This document shows, piece by piece, positions 39,836-50,443 of a stretch of 64,000 bases of DNA. Under the pieces are notes generated by a model. The model saw only the letters and a list, made by a program, of their open reading frames with translations. It was not told where the DNA came from and ran no database searches. The DNA comes from Cyanidioschyzon merolae. Taxonomy: Eukaryota. The DNA lies in the NCBI GenBank assembly GCA_000091205.1, contig AP006500.2, one strand, 5' to 3'. The translations under genes were made by a program, and so were the position numbers. The stretch's first letter is position 1; every line of letters begins with the position of its first letter.

Positions 39836-41872
39836 ATGGACGATTTCCAAATCCCTGATATCCAATGCACCTTTCGGTTTCATGGGTCCGTATGCATACA
39901 CACGCAAACAGAGCCTGAGGGATTGGGGGCAATCGTCGGGATTCGGCCGCCTCGCACCGGTCGGGTGTGCTGCGCAGCGGCGGCGACGCCACCCGGGGGA
40001 TACCTGCCACACTGGACACAGCACCAGACGAGTGTGCGGCGTTTCAGAGAGCCCGTGTTGCTGCTCATGAGACACCGCCGACGAAAGTTGCCGGGTAGCG
40101 GACACCAAGCTGAACGCCGTGCACCTGGTCGGCTGCCGCGCTTCGTTGTCGACGCGGTAGCTGATGACGAGTCCATCGCATCATCTGAAGCAGAAGACGA
40201 AAACGCGGTGCTCGGGGAATCGGTTGCTCTCGACGGCCTAGAGAGCAAGAAGCTGCGCAGTTTAAGTGGTTTACGTGGAAGCTCTACAGCAGATCTCGAT
40301 CCGAGTCTCGAACAGGCAGCCGATGCCGAAAGCGCTTCCAGTTCTGAAGCGGAGGTAAGCGAGCAATCAAGACGTCTACACCTTGCAAAGGCGTACCTGG
40401 AGCGCATCGGAGCAGCAAGGTTTACTGAAGACGATCTGCACCAGAGAGCAGACGAAGACAGCCTCGAGGCACGAGATGCAACCGCTCTTGGTGACGCAAG
40501 CGACGATGACACTGACAGTGCGAGCGACGCGTGGAACGAGGTTCTCTATAGAGAGGCGCAGCAACTTCGCGGACAGTACTATGCTTCTGAAATGGCCTTC
40601 GATGATGTGGAATCCATGCTTCCTGCTGAACCTACGCTCACGGCTTTCGGTCACAAAAGGCCCCCGACCTGTATCACCTTTTTGCCCGACGGTGAGGTGC
40701 TCGGGCCTCCCCGATACGCCATCACTGGTGGAAAGGATGGAGCACTGCTTCTATGGGATATCGAGCGTGGTGCCAAAAGCATTGTCTCCGCAAGTGCGAC
40801 CTCTTCCGCCGGGTCCGCCGCAAAGCCCGAGATTCTCTGCGTCGCAGCGTCGCGTGACGGGCGGTTGGTCGCTTCCGGCAGCCGCGATGCATCCATTCGT
40901 ATCTATGATTTGCGACAGCGGAACATATCTGATGACTCTCCCTCGATACCTATCCTTTCGCTTGTACATGTCGCGCGGGGTCATCGGGGTGCCGTCAGCG
41001 GACTGGCCTTCTTTCGGGACGTTTTCCGGAAACATGCCGGACCGGGTGTTTCAATCGGCGTCGATCGCAACTCCACAGAAGAGAGTCTCTTCAGCGCCTC
41101 CTTCGATCGAACGCTTCGTTTCTGGAGCATAGAGCGTTCCAAAGCTGCACCGCAATCCATTCTGGATTCAGGCCCAGATGCCGAGGCCGGTCTGTACGAC
41201 GGCCGCAACATGTCCCCGTGGAGCGTGCACTACGTCGACAGCTACTACGGCCACGAAGAAGAGGCGACGAGTCTCTGCTGTGCGGCGTGGGGCAGGCTAT
41301 TATCTGGCGGCCGAGATCGCACCGTGCGTTCTTGGAAAGTCTACGATGATACCCAGCTTGTGTACAGAGCACCTCGAACTGCTGGTGCACAGATCGGTAC
41401 CAGCATAGACTGTGTTGCGTGGGTGAGCCCGACCACCTTCGTATCGGGTGCTGATGATGGATCGCTTTCACTCTGGTCTACAGCGAAGAAGAAACCGGTC
41501 CATAAGATTCTTGACGCCCATAAGAATCCCGTATGCCCGTGGATATGTTCGGTGGTGAGCCCTGAGGCCGCCAATCTGGTTTGCAGCGGCTCTGCGGACG
41601 GTTGCGTACGCCTCTGGCGTGTTCGTATGCAAGCATCTGTGAAAGCCAGCGCCAAGAGCGCGAAACGGCACGGGTCCTTACCAGAATCCCTTGAGGCGCT
41701 TGGGACGTTGCCATTCGCCGCCAGCGGGTTCTGTAATGGCATTGATTGTGTTCTTCAGAAGCGTACTCTTTACATTACAGCGGCTGTGGGTCAGGAACAT
41801 CGATTCGGTAAGTGGTACGTCGACCGAAGCCTTCGGAATGGACTCGCGTTCTGGCGGATACCGCTCGCATGA
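39836..41872 (+). CDS. RRP9: U3 snoRNP WD40-repeat protein Rrp9/U3-55K-like.
   Basis: Basic/acidic N-terminal region including ...SRRLHLAKAYLERIG..., matching the U3-55K block (EKKLRLAKLYLEQL). It is followed by multiple WD40 repeats (SGSRDASIRIYDL, SASFDRTLRFWSI, SGGRDRTVRSWKV, SGADDGSLSLWS, SGSADGCVRLWRV). The true start may be an internal ATG, e.g. at 40067. Confidence 0.65.
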   Translation: MDDFQIPDIQCTFRFHGSVCIHTQTEPEGLGAIVGIRPPRTGRVCCAAAATPPGGYLPHWTQHQTSVRRFREPVLLLMRHRRRKLPGSGHQAERRAPGRLPRFVVDAVADDESIASSEAEDENAVLGESVALDGLESKKLRSLSGLRGSSTADLDPSLEQAADAESASSSEAEVSEQSRRLHLAKAYLERIGAARFTEDDLHQRADEDSLEARDATALGDASDDDTDSASDAWNEVLYREAQQLRGQYYASEMAFDDVESMLPAEPTLTAFGHKRPPTCITFLPDGEVLGPPRYAITGGKDGALLLWDIERGAKSIVSASATSSAGSAAKPEILCVAASRDGRLVASGSRDASIRIYDLRQRNISDDSPSIPILSLVHVARGHRGAVSGLAFFRDVFRKHAGPGVSIGVDRNSTEESLFSASFDRTLRFWSIERSKAAPQSILDSGPDAEAGLYDGRNMSPWSVHYVDSYYGHEEEATSLCCAAWGRLLSGGRDRTVRSWKVYDDTQLVYRAPRTAGAQIGTSIDCVAWVSPTTFVSGADDGSLSLWSTAKKKPVHKILDAHKNPVCPWICSVVSPEAANLVCSGSADGCVRLWRVRMQASVKASAKSAKRHGSLPESLEALGTLPFAASGFCNGIDCVLQKRTLYITAAVGQEHRFGKWYVDRSLRNGLAFWRIPLA

Positions 41873-42800
41873 AAGGCCCCTAAGCTAGCCCATCGCACCG
41901 ATAAGCGTCTTTTTTTAAGAATCTCACTTCACGCACAACGGACTCGGGATATGCTCTGTGGCGATACGCTGCACCGCGCAGAGCTTAGTACGCCCACTTC
42001 AGCGATCCGGATAGGGGCTCAGGATTATTTGTTCCAGTGTTTTCTCACTCGTGAATGGAGAGAACGAAAGCCATCTGACATCAAGATTTCCAGTGATATT
42101 CGAACCTGCGGCAAGAGTCCCGCACGTGGCGATGTCCAGGGCACCTGCCCGGCACTGACTTCGCAGTGCAACTCGTGGAAATCGTCTTCGCCACCATAGA
42201 CGCTGTATATGCCCTCCTACGCTTCAGTGGCATTTTCATTCAAGTTCTGAAACGCATACGCCGCGCAACAAAAGCGGAACTGGCGACCGCACACCCGACT
42301 TGAGATTGCAACCGATGATCCGCACACTGTCTGCTTGCTTTTGTGGAGCGCTCGCTATTTTCCTCCAGAAGCACAGCAGGGGCATCAAAACTGAACCACA
42401 GAGATCGTGCAGCTTGCCATAGCGTTGATACACGCTGGCTCCATCACAGAGCGACGGCATGCACCTATGCAGTAAAAACCTTTAAACAAGCGAATGCCAT
42501 GGAATGCACCAACATAGGTGCTGAGCGACTCTGAGCGAGCCCGCGTCACGAGCCTCCCGGCTCGAAGCCTCTGCATCTGCACAATGTTCAAGCACACACG
42601 GACGCATGCGGAAGGTTTGCGTCATCGATTCGCTGGATACCGAGCCCGCGACCCACGCGAGCCGGTGCGCAACGCGGGGACGCGTCAGCGGGACCCCGAG
42701 CTCCCGTCGTAGACCTGAACCCGTAGGTTATACGATATTGCACTATTATAGATGAAAGGGACTGAAAGCTGCTCGAATCTGCACTGCACCATCAGCGTCC

Positions 42801-43928
42801 ATGAGCCATTCTCTCGAACGTTATCCGAAGCAAACTGCACGGTTCATGTTTCTTTCGGCGGTGAACTGTCAGCGTTTAGAGAAAACAGCGAATGATTACC
42901 TGGGTAGCTCGCGAACACTGCATCGTCGCGCCGTTGACAGGCGAGCGGGAGCGAACGCTCCCACTAGGTGGCACACATGTCCGCACCGCTTTCACCTTGC
43001 TGCGGTGACAGAGCGGAGACGGGCGCGCCATCTGAATGAGGCCATTGCCGGGGACGAGCTGGTAACGTGTTTGAGTAAAGACCGGAACGTCGTTGTCAAA
43101 GCTATTCGAGCTTCCGGACTTGTGCGTACGGCGTCCGAACTGCATGAAGCGACGCCGGTCGCTGCTGCCGCTCTAGGGCGTTCCTTGCTCGCTGCGCTCT
43201 TGCTCGCGAGCGGCAAGAAGGATCTTGAAACTGTTCAGATGGAGTTCCGCGGAGACGGTCCTCTTCGGGCTGTTGTTGCCATAGCCGATGGAAGAGGTCA
43301 CGTCCGCGGTTACGTCGGAGACCCCCAGGTTCAGCTGCCCCCGACTGCTGCTGGGAAGCTCGATGTGGGCAGAGCGGTCGGCCGAGGCTTTCTCGCAGTT
43401 GTTCGTAACCACTCGACCTGGTCGGAACCGTACCGAGGTATAACCGAAATTCAAACTGGTGAAATAGGAGACGACGTGTTGCACTATCTGGTGCGTTCAG
43501 AGCAGATTCCATCCGCGCTGGCGCTCGGTGTATTCGTACAAGGAGGACACGTGCAGGCAGCTGGCGGGTACCTGGTACAGTTGCTACCAGAGAGCACACC
43601 AGAAACGCTTGATCGAGTCGAAGAAAACGTCCTTCAACTGAACAAGCGTGGCACCCCGACACAGTTGATCCGCGACGGCATGGATGCCGTGGACATCGTA
43701 CAACAGCTGATGGTGGACATCGACGAGACGTCGTTGCGTCGCGTCCAACCGCAGTACAGTTGTAGCTGTGACGCCAGCCGAGTCCGCCGGATGGTTGCCT
43801 TGTTACCGCGTGACGAGATAGAGTCGATTTTGCGTGAACAGAACCGGCTAGAGGCGAAGTGCGAATTTTGTGGATCATACTATGAGTTGAGCTCCGACGA
43901 AACGCGAGCGCTGCTGCGTGACGCGTGA
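42801..43928 (+). CDS. Hsp33 family redox-regulated chaperone (HslO-like) with an N-terminal extension of about 90 aa.
   Basis: Hsp33 N-domain ...VRTASELHEATPVAAAALGRSLLAALLLASGKK...VQMEFRGDGPLRAVVAIADGRGHVRGYVGDP.... C-terminal zinc centre CSCDASRVRRM...(x)...CEFCGSYYEL (CxC...CxxC). Eukaryotic Hsp33 proteins are typically organelle-targeted, which fits the extension. Confidence 0.85.
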   Translation: MSHSLERYPKQTARFMFLSAVNCQRLEKTANDYLGSSRTLHRRAVDRRAGANAPTRWHTCPHRFHLAAVTERRRARHLNEAIAGDELVTCLSKDRNVVVKAIRASGLVRTASELHEATPVAAAALGRSLLAALLLASGKKDLETVQMEFRGDGPLRAVVAIADGRGHVRGYVGDPQVQLPPTAAGKLDVGRAVGRGFLAVVRNHSTWSEPYRGITEIQTGEIGDDVLHYLVRSEQIPSALALGVFVQGGHVQAAGGYLVQLLPESTPETLDRVEENVLQLNKRGTPTQLIRDGMDAVDIVQQLMVDIDETSLRRVQPQYSCSCDASRVRRMVALLPRDEIESILREQNRLEAKCEFCGSYYELSSDETRALLRDA

Positions 43929-45329
43929 TGCGCGGTATCCCGACAAGCAGTCACCGGCGCCTTTGACGTAAATTTGTCAATATCATCGACGATGCATCAT
44001 CTGGTAGACACGAGAAAAATGGACAAGGCCATGAAACGCATAGAGCTTGATCTGATTTAGGCGGTATTTGGGGGCAACTCGAAGGCCTTGTCTGCTGGAG
44101 TACGAGTATGCGGGTTGCGAAGTACGCGTGTTCAGCATGCGGGATTAGGTGGATCTGTCAGCTCCGCGCTGCGATGGAACGCCAGAACTTGTTGTATTGT
44201 TTATGCCGCCGAACGACAAAGACCGTTTTTTATTTCCTGTCGTTCCGAGATTCCAATGGATTGCAGGGTTCCGGAAACCTCGAAACCGCGCGATATAGCT
44301 TCTTTGGGCTGCTTTCATGAGGAAACACGAATGCGTAGAGGGCTCGAACGATCCCGCCAAGCAGACATCAAAGCAGACTGGCAGACTAGCTAGCTGCCAG
44401 AAACTTGCACACAAACCAAGCGCAGAGCCTCTTTGTACGTACAATTCGCGGACGTTTCGCTGGGCGAGAACCTCTCGCCGAGCACGAGTATTTCACAGGC
44501 GACACAGCATCTGTCACGTAGGCGACTCGAACGACGCTGAAAAAGCGATCTTCCAGATCATTTCTACTGGTCTAGTCCGTACGAATGTCGACTTGGTTAC
44601 TATCAGAGGTTATCTCACAATCCGCCAGGTCGAAGCATACACAAATGCGGGATGCTTCGAGCCTGCGGAAAAGCTTCTCTGGAGGGTGCCTCGCGAGTGC
44701 GCGCGCGCATTCCCCTGAACAAAAGCAAATCGAACTAGGAAACACACAGGCCTAGAGTCTGCGTTGACGAGGCACCGTATTCACGATGAGCTTGTTTCTT
44801 GGCTGTTATCAGCATACGTATGAGGAATAGACAACGAGAGCGCAACGCAGGTGGTGCGATCGACCTTAGGGAATGACATACGACTGCAGATTCACTGCTA
44901 GAGTTGCTCAGTGTCGCCTCTCTGTCGGGTTTCACAAAAAACATATCTTGTAAGGGCTGTATATCGACGGGAATCAGACTCCGAGCACAAGAACGATTTA
45001 GGATGGGCTTACTCGCGATACAGACTCCAGAGGCAAATACGCAACCAGCTGTTCGGCTTTCCTGTAGCCAGATGACCCAAAAATCATGGTTTATCCGCTT
45101 TTCCGTGCAGCTCAATTGAGAGCCCAAGTTTGCGACCCGTACTCGCCTTCTGGGTCTTCGCTAGACCTCAGCCGGCGATGCCGAGCCTGGGCGAAACAGA
45201 ATCGTTCTCTCCCGAGGCACGACGCTAAGCATCTTGAACCTGTTCGTGACTCAAAACATCCGCCTCGACTTGCTTCCGAGCGAGATTCCGTTGCCGGCTA
45301 ACTTGCAACGCGACCAGCATACCATGCGG

Positions 45330-46457
45330 TCATTCGACGGAAATCTGCTTTTGCCTTTGTTCCAGTTGCTGCAGCTGCTCTGCGAGACCGATTCCAGCGC
45401 CTGCTTGGTCTCGTACCCGCAAAATACCGAGCTCCGTCACGATACCTCCGGTGATCAACTCGGGTGGTGTGATATCGAACGCTGGATTGTATACTGGGGT
45501 ATCGACCGGTGCGAGCCACTGGTCGCTGGATTTTCCGGACGGATTCAGCACCTCGGTGGCACTGCGCTCTTCGATGATCATTGCCGCACCCGTCGGCGTC
45601 TTCAGGTCGATTGTACTGCATGGTGCACACACGTAAAAGGGAATGCCATAATGCTGGGCAGCGATGGCGATCATCAGGGTGCCTATTTTGTTTGCGACAG
45701 CACCGTCGGCGGCAATGCGGTCGGCGCCCACAGTCACAAACTGGATGCGGCCCTGGGCCATCAAGAAAGGCGCAGCCGCGTCCACGGAGAGCTCATAGGG
45801 GATGCCCCATTGGCGAAGCTCCCAGCAGGTCAGCCGTGCACCCTGAAGACGAGGCCTAGTCTCATTGACGTGCACGTGTACCTTCCCGTGAAGCGCAGCG
45901 AGTTTTCGAATGACACCAAGCGCGGTACCACCGCCGGCCGTTGCTAAGCTGCCGGTATTGCAGTGGTGCAACACTCGAAGCGTCTCGTCTTTGCATCCTT
46001 CGTGATGCCTTTGCTTCCAGCGCTTTAAAATTTCCTCCGCACCATATGCTGCGATCTTGTTATTCATTAGACGCTCGGAGGCTACTAGTTCGTTGGCTTT
46101 CCACAGCAGTCGTCGCCAGTTCGTCGTCTGTAGCTGTCGCAAGGCGTCGAGCGACCACTGCAGGTTCACCGCCGTGGGTCGGCTAGCGTAGAGCGTGTGG
46201 TAAACCTGGTCTTCCGGTTCGCCGCTTTTAATGCCAAGAACATACCCGTACGCAGCAACAGCACCGATGGCGGGTGCACCCCTCACCACCATATCCCGAA
46301 TGGCTTCTGCAACTTCACGGTAGTCGACCAGACGCACGTATGATACCTGGTGAGGGATTTCGCGTTGATCCAGTACCAGGAGGTAACCGTCCTCATCCTG
46401 TCCGTGTTCATGGACTGGAACCCAGCGAAACGTGTCGTAAGGTTCCGTGTTTGCCAT
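45330..46457 (-). CDS. mtnA: Methylthioribose-1-phosphate isomerase (methionine salvage; eIF2B-alpha/beta/delta-related fold).
   Basis: ...LLVLDQREIPHQVSYVRLVDYREVAEAIRDMVVRGAPAIGAVAAYGYVLG...NLQWSLDALRQ...VHVHVNETRPRLQGARLTCWELRQWGIPYELSVDAAAP...QFVTVGADRIAADGAVANKIGTLMIAIAAQHYGIPFYVCAP.... Full-length MtnA signature (375 aa). The plus-strand track ORF 45234..45947 is its antisense shadow. Confidence 0.9.
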   Translation of the reverse strand: MANTEPYDTFRWVPVHEHGQDEDGYLLVLDQREIPHQVSYVRLVDYREVAEAIRDMVVRGAPAIGAVAAYGYVLGIKSGEPEDQVYHTLYASRPTAVNLQWSLDALRQLQTTNWRRLLWKANELVASERLMNNKIAAYGAEEILKRWKQRHHEGCKDETLRVLHHCNTGSLATAGGGTALGVIRKLAALHGKVHVHVNETRPRLQGARLTCWELRQWGIPYELSVDAAAPFLMAQGRIQFVTVGADRIAADGAVANKIGTLMIAIAAQHYGIPFYVCAPCSTIDLKTPTGAAMIIEERSATEVLNPSGKSSDQWLAPVDTPVYNPAFDITPPELITGGIVTELGILRVRDQAGAGIGLAEQLQQLEQRQKQISVE

Positions 46458-46699
46458 TCGGGCTTGGAGAACGGCTCACGCTGCTCCAAAGACGTGAAGC
46501 AACGAGCCGCAGCGGCAGTCGCAAGTCGCTGGGGGTATGGGCGCCCCGCTGCCGCCGTTGCCGCAACCCGTGCCAGACGACGCAGACTGCAGGCGGTATC
46601 AGAAGCGTTATCATTTATCAGTCTACACCAGAAGCACTTGAAGAGGATTCTTGGACGACAGAGGCTGCAGTCTAGACGCTCCGCGCTACGTTTGGACTC

Positions 46700-48256
46700 A
46701 TGTTTGCGTCTCCGCAAACAGTCCCAGCGATCGTACTTGACGTGGGAAGCCGCACGACCAAGGCGGGGTTTGCCGGAGCGGACCTGCCGCAGAGCCTGTT
46801 TCCGTCCATCGTGGGGTCCTACATCAGTGAAGGGGGGTCACTGGAGGGCACACCCGCAAAACCGCTAGCCAATACGGTCTTTGCTGGCTACGAGAACCTG
46901 CTGGGAACTGCAGAGCGTGTTAGGTTCCTGGAACTGCGCACTGCGTTCGACGACGACGGTATCATTCAAGACTGGGCAGCTTATGAGGGACTCTTGGACT
47001 ATACTTTTCACCAGTTAAGAGCTTCACCAGAGGAATACGCCCTTCTTCTTGTTGAAGCATCCCATAACCCGAAACGCCCGCGAGAAGAACTCTGTCAAGT
47101 ACTGTTTGAAAAGTACGGTGTACCTGCCGTGTACTTTGGGCGAAGTGCCGCCCTCGCCTGTGTCGCTGCTGGACGACACACCGGCGTTGTTCTCGACTGT
47201 GGTGCGAGTGGTGTAACCGCAACGCCAGTTGTTGAGGGAAATGTCATGAAACAGGCTATCTTGCGGAGCCGAGTCGCGGGTGGCAATGCCCTCACGCGGG
47301 CTGCTGCTGAGCTTCTCGGCGGTTTCGATGCAGTTCGGCCTGCGTACGCTTTCCGCCGGCGGGCTCTCGGCCGTGGCACCAACAAACGTGACGCAGCTGA
47401 TCCAGAGGCAGCCACCGAGGAACTTGCGGCTGCAGCGAGCACTGACGGGAGCAGCAGCTCCGAAGAAGCCGACGATCGCGTTGACTTGATCGGTGGAAGG
47501 ACCCCGGATACGGAAAGCGCTGCGTCTGTTGCCGAGGGACGCATGGAATTCCGAATAGAGCCGCTTGACGTGCATGGCGTTACTCGTAGCTACGATGAAT
47601 ATGCCCGCATCGAAGTTGTCGAAGACTTTAAGCACCACGTATGCTGTGTGAATCGTGAGCCGAGTTCAGTCGAAGACGTTGCCGAGGACGGTACCGCTTC
47701 GAATGCCGTTTCTTGGGAAACGAGGAAAGCAGACGACGAGGGTTTGGCGGGCCAGCCTGCCGATCCTGACATACCGCCCATCAGGTATGAACTTCCCGAC
47801 GGAACGTTGGTATCCATTGGAGCTGAGCGTTACCGCCCTGCCGAGATACTTTTCAAAACGCTGCCCCATGCGCGAACCATCAAAGAGGATCGTCCATTCC
47901 TTGCCTACATCCGCGAGCGGGAGCGGGGACCTTCCTCCAGCAAAGGGCTCGCTGGGATGGTCGCGGACACCATTCAGCGGTGTGAGGGCGCCCAGCACCG
48001 CGAAATGTATGCTGGGGTTATTTTGACCGGGGGATCCTCGGTGTTACCCGGCCTCTCGGATAGGTTACAGACGGAACTCTACTTTTATCATAGTCGATCC
48101 AAGATGCACGCAGCCGCGAACCCCATGGAACGCAAGTATATGGCGTGGACCGGTGGATCGATTCTTGCGACGTTTATGGATTTCCAACAGAATTGGTTTT
48201 CCCGTGCGGAATACCTCGAGAGCGGCGTCTCGCTCGTGCAGAAGCGATGTCCCTGA
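46700..48256 (+). CDS. Actin-related protein (Arp; Arp4/Arp6-like, nuclear type), with insertions.
   Basis: Actin-fold signatures: IVLDVGSRTTKAGFAGADLPQSLFPSIVG (phosphate-1), ...LLVEASHNPKRPREELCQVLFEKYGVPAVYFGRSAALACVAAGRHTGVVLDCGASGVT... and ...VILTGGSSVLPGLSDRLQTEL (phosphate-2/adenosine). Acidic insertions are typical of nuclear Arps. The exact Arp class is uncertain. Confidence 0.8.
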   Translation: MFASPQTVPAIVLDVGSRTTKAGFAGADLPQSLFPSIVGSYISEGGSLEGTPAKPLANTVFAGYENLLGTAERVRFLELRTAFDDDGIIQDWAAYEGLLDYTFHQLRASPEEYALLLVEASHNPKRPREELCQVLFEKYGVPAVYFGRSAALACVAAGRHTGVVLDCGASGVTATPVVEGNVMKQAILRSRVAGGNALTRAAAELLGGFDAVRPAYAFRRRALGRGTNKRDAADPEAATEELAAAASTDGSSSSEEADDRVDLIGGRTPDTESAASVAEGRMEFRIEPLDVHGVTRSYDEYARIEVVEDFKHHVCCVNREPSSVEDVAEDGTASNAVSWETRKADDEGLAGQPADPDIPPIRYELPDGTLVSIGAERYRPAEILFKTLPHARTIKEDRPFLAYIRERERGPSSSKGLAGMVADTIQRCEGAQHREMYAGVILTGGSSVLPGLSDRLQTELYFYHSRSKMHAAANPMERKYMAWTGGSILATFMDFQQNWFSRAEYLESGVSLVQKRCP

Positions 48257-48799
48257 GCGCAGATGCTATCAGCGTGTGACGCTCTGCACAGGATGGCAAT
48301 GCACCGGCAACCAACTAGCTCGATGTCGATCGAAACCCATACTAGGATGAAGTGGAGCAGGCCCTGGAACATGGGCGCATATACTACAGTTTGGTGCTTT
48401 TTTCCATGGTATTCACCACCAGCCTTTGTGGAATGCAGCTGCGACTGCTCCCTGTTCCTCTATCTGTCCTCTAGCTTGCCATGCGTCGATCTCTTCCTCC
48501 CCTTCAGCTCTGCATTCAGCAGACAAAGTATGTTGATGGCAGTGTTCACGTCTTGATCACGCCGCTTGCGGTTGTTGTTGACGCATTCCACGTGGAGGAG
48601 GAAGCTGCGATCTGCGCTTCGCTGACCTTTCTCGCCTTCGTTGTATGGAGCCTCGGTGCGCTTTCTGCAGCAGTGGCACTGGACTGTGGTCGGATGTTTC
48701 CGTATGTCGACGAGACCTCCTCTCCCGCAGGTCGCTCGGTGGCGCGTGAGCGCTTGGATCAACACTCGCTGCATGCCCTTGACAAGTACAGACGGCTTT

Positions 48800-49520
48800 T
48801 GTTGGTGTCAACCTCCGATTCCGCCCTTACTGCTGTATCGTATGATCAGGGGCTTGTTGTGCCGTACCCCAGTACCGATTGCTCTGTCCGCTGCATACGC
48901 AAACGCACGTTGTTCCATTCGATAGATGATTTCTGGAACACGATGTTGTCCATGATGAAAAAAGTACACGAAGCGAAACCCAGGCTGAAGAAAAAGTCGA
49001 GAAATTTCGATCCATCTACGCTCTCTTCTTGAAAAGCGATGTCGCACTGCCCACTGCAAGCGATCCCCGTGATGACAAAAGTCCAACACGGGGACCATTT
49101 TCCGTGCGACCAGAACAGATGAGATGCTCTATAAGCGTATCCTGTGAAGGCTAACATGCTTCAGCCGCGTCCTGTCTTGTCGATGGCTACAAATAGCGTA
49201 GGGTTTGTCGTTCGAGTGGAATCGATTGCTTGTCGTCATAGGTTCAGGGAACGAGCGACATGAGCCTGTCTCGATGTCGTCGAGTGCCAAGTCGCGTGCT
49301 AATCTTCGTATAATCCGGCGGTGCGAGTTGCGCTACCCACGAGTTCCCTTGAAAGAGAAGCATCGGAACCTTGAAGAATGTGTGATTCGAGCATCGACAC
49401 ATAAAGAAATGAGACGAACCGTGATTTCGACGTCTGAATTCGATCATGATATTGTTTATTCTACGAATCCTTATTCTAGGGCGTTTCCAATCATCTTGAT
49501 TCCAATGAAGTAACGAATTC
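48800..49520 (-). repeat. Dispersed repeat family, copy C (reverse orientation).
   Basis: The reverse complement carries 'caagggaactcgtgggta' (identical to copy A) and 'gcaatcgattccactcgaacg' (similar to copy B). Track ORFs 48808..49098(-) (...RHRFSRRERRWIEISRLFLQPGFRFVYFFHHGQHRVPEII...RYSSKGG) and 49244..49687(-) (...FQGNSWVAQLAPPD...) parallel the A and B ORFs. Confidence 0.55.
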
Positions 49521-50443
49521 CAGCGGCACCGCGTCGGAAGCGCCACCCGGAGCAGAAATGCAAGAATCCTGAATCTACGTATGAATTCTGAGAAACTTCT
49601 TGGCGCAAGTTTCATCTCGAAGATGTACATGCGAAACAATCTTCGGGAGAGAATCGACAGGAAAGAATAGAGCTTGCACTTCATCATTCTATTTCACGCT
49701 GACATCCATCCACTCAGTAAGATAATCGGGCTGTTCATCAGCATGATTTTGATTCAAGTGCACATGTTGTTGACGTTGTTCGTGATCGCGATACGTTCAT
49801 TTGAAGCGCATCGTGTGCTCGTTCAGATAGGGACACACTCATGGGGCTAGAAGCGCGAACGTAGCGAGTAATTCGGAATCACATGACGTCGTAGGAGTAG
49901 GAGGCAAACGCTGCCTGCAGGTCGATATGGCGTAGGAAAAAGTCGTCTGCGGAGCATCTTTATTTGGCTGTGCAAGGGACGCGTGCCTATTGGCCACACG
50001 TTCGATTCGTCCTCTAGGCAGTTCAAGGCGCCGTTATCGAGAGCGCAAGACAGCGTTCACGGACGCTTGTGCAGCAGTGGATACCGCGTCGTCTCTGGGC
50101 GACGAACGCACCAGACGAATATCTCGATACTACTATTATCCCTGTTACTGTTAAAGTTGTGGTCACTCTCCATTCAAAATCATTGCAATATCTGCAGCGC
50201 ATGGAGTGTCCGACGGTACCCATGCAAGGAAAGCGTCACTTGGGGCGATCGACTGACGATTCAGGGCTGTGGGATGAAATGAGATGCTCGCGGTATCTTG
50301 GGGTCGCTTGGAGGCGCTCAATGCTCGCCCATGTGCAAGATAAAGCACGTACGTGACACCGCCTTGCTTTGAGCGCAGGGGGCTGCCCCCGCTAGCGGCC
50401 CAAGAGCAGCACTGCTTGAAGTAATCAACCATGAGGATGAGCG

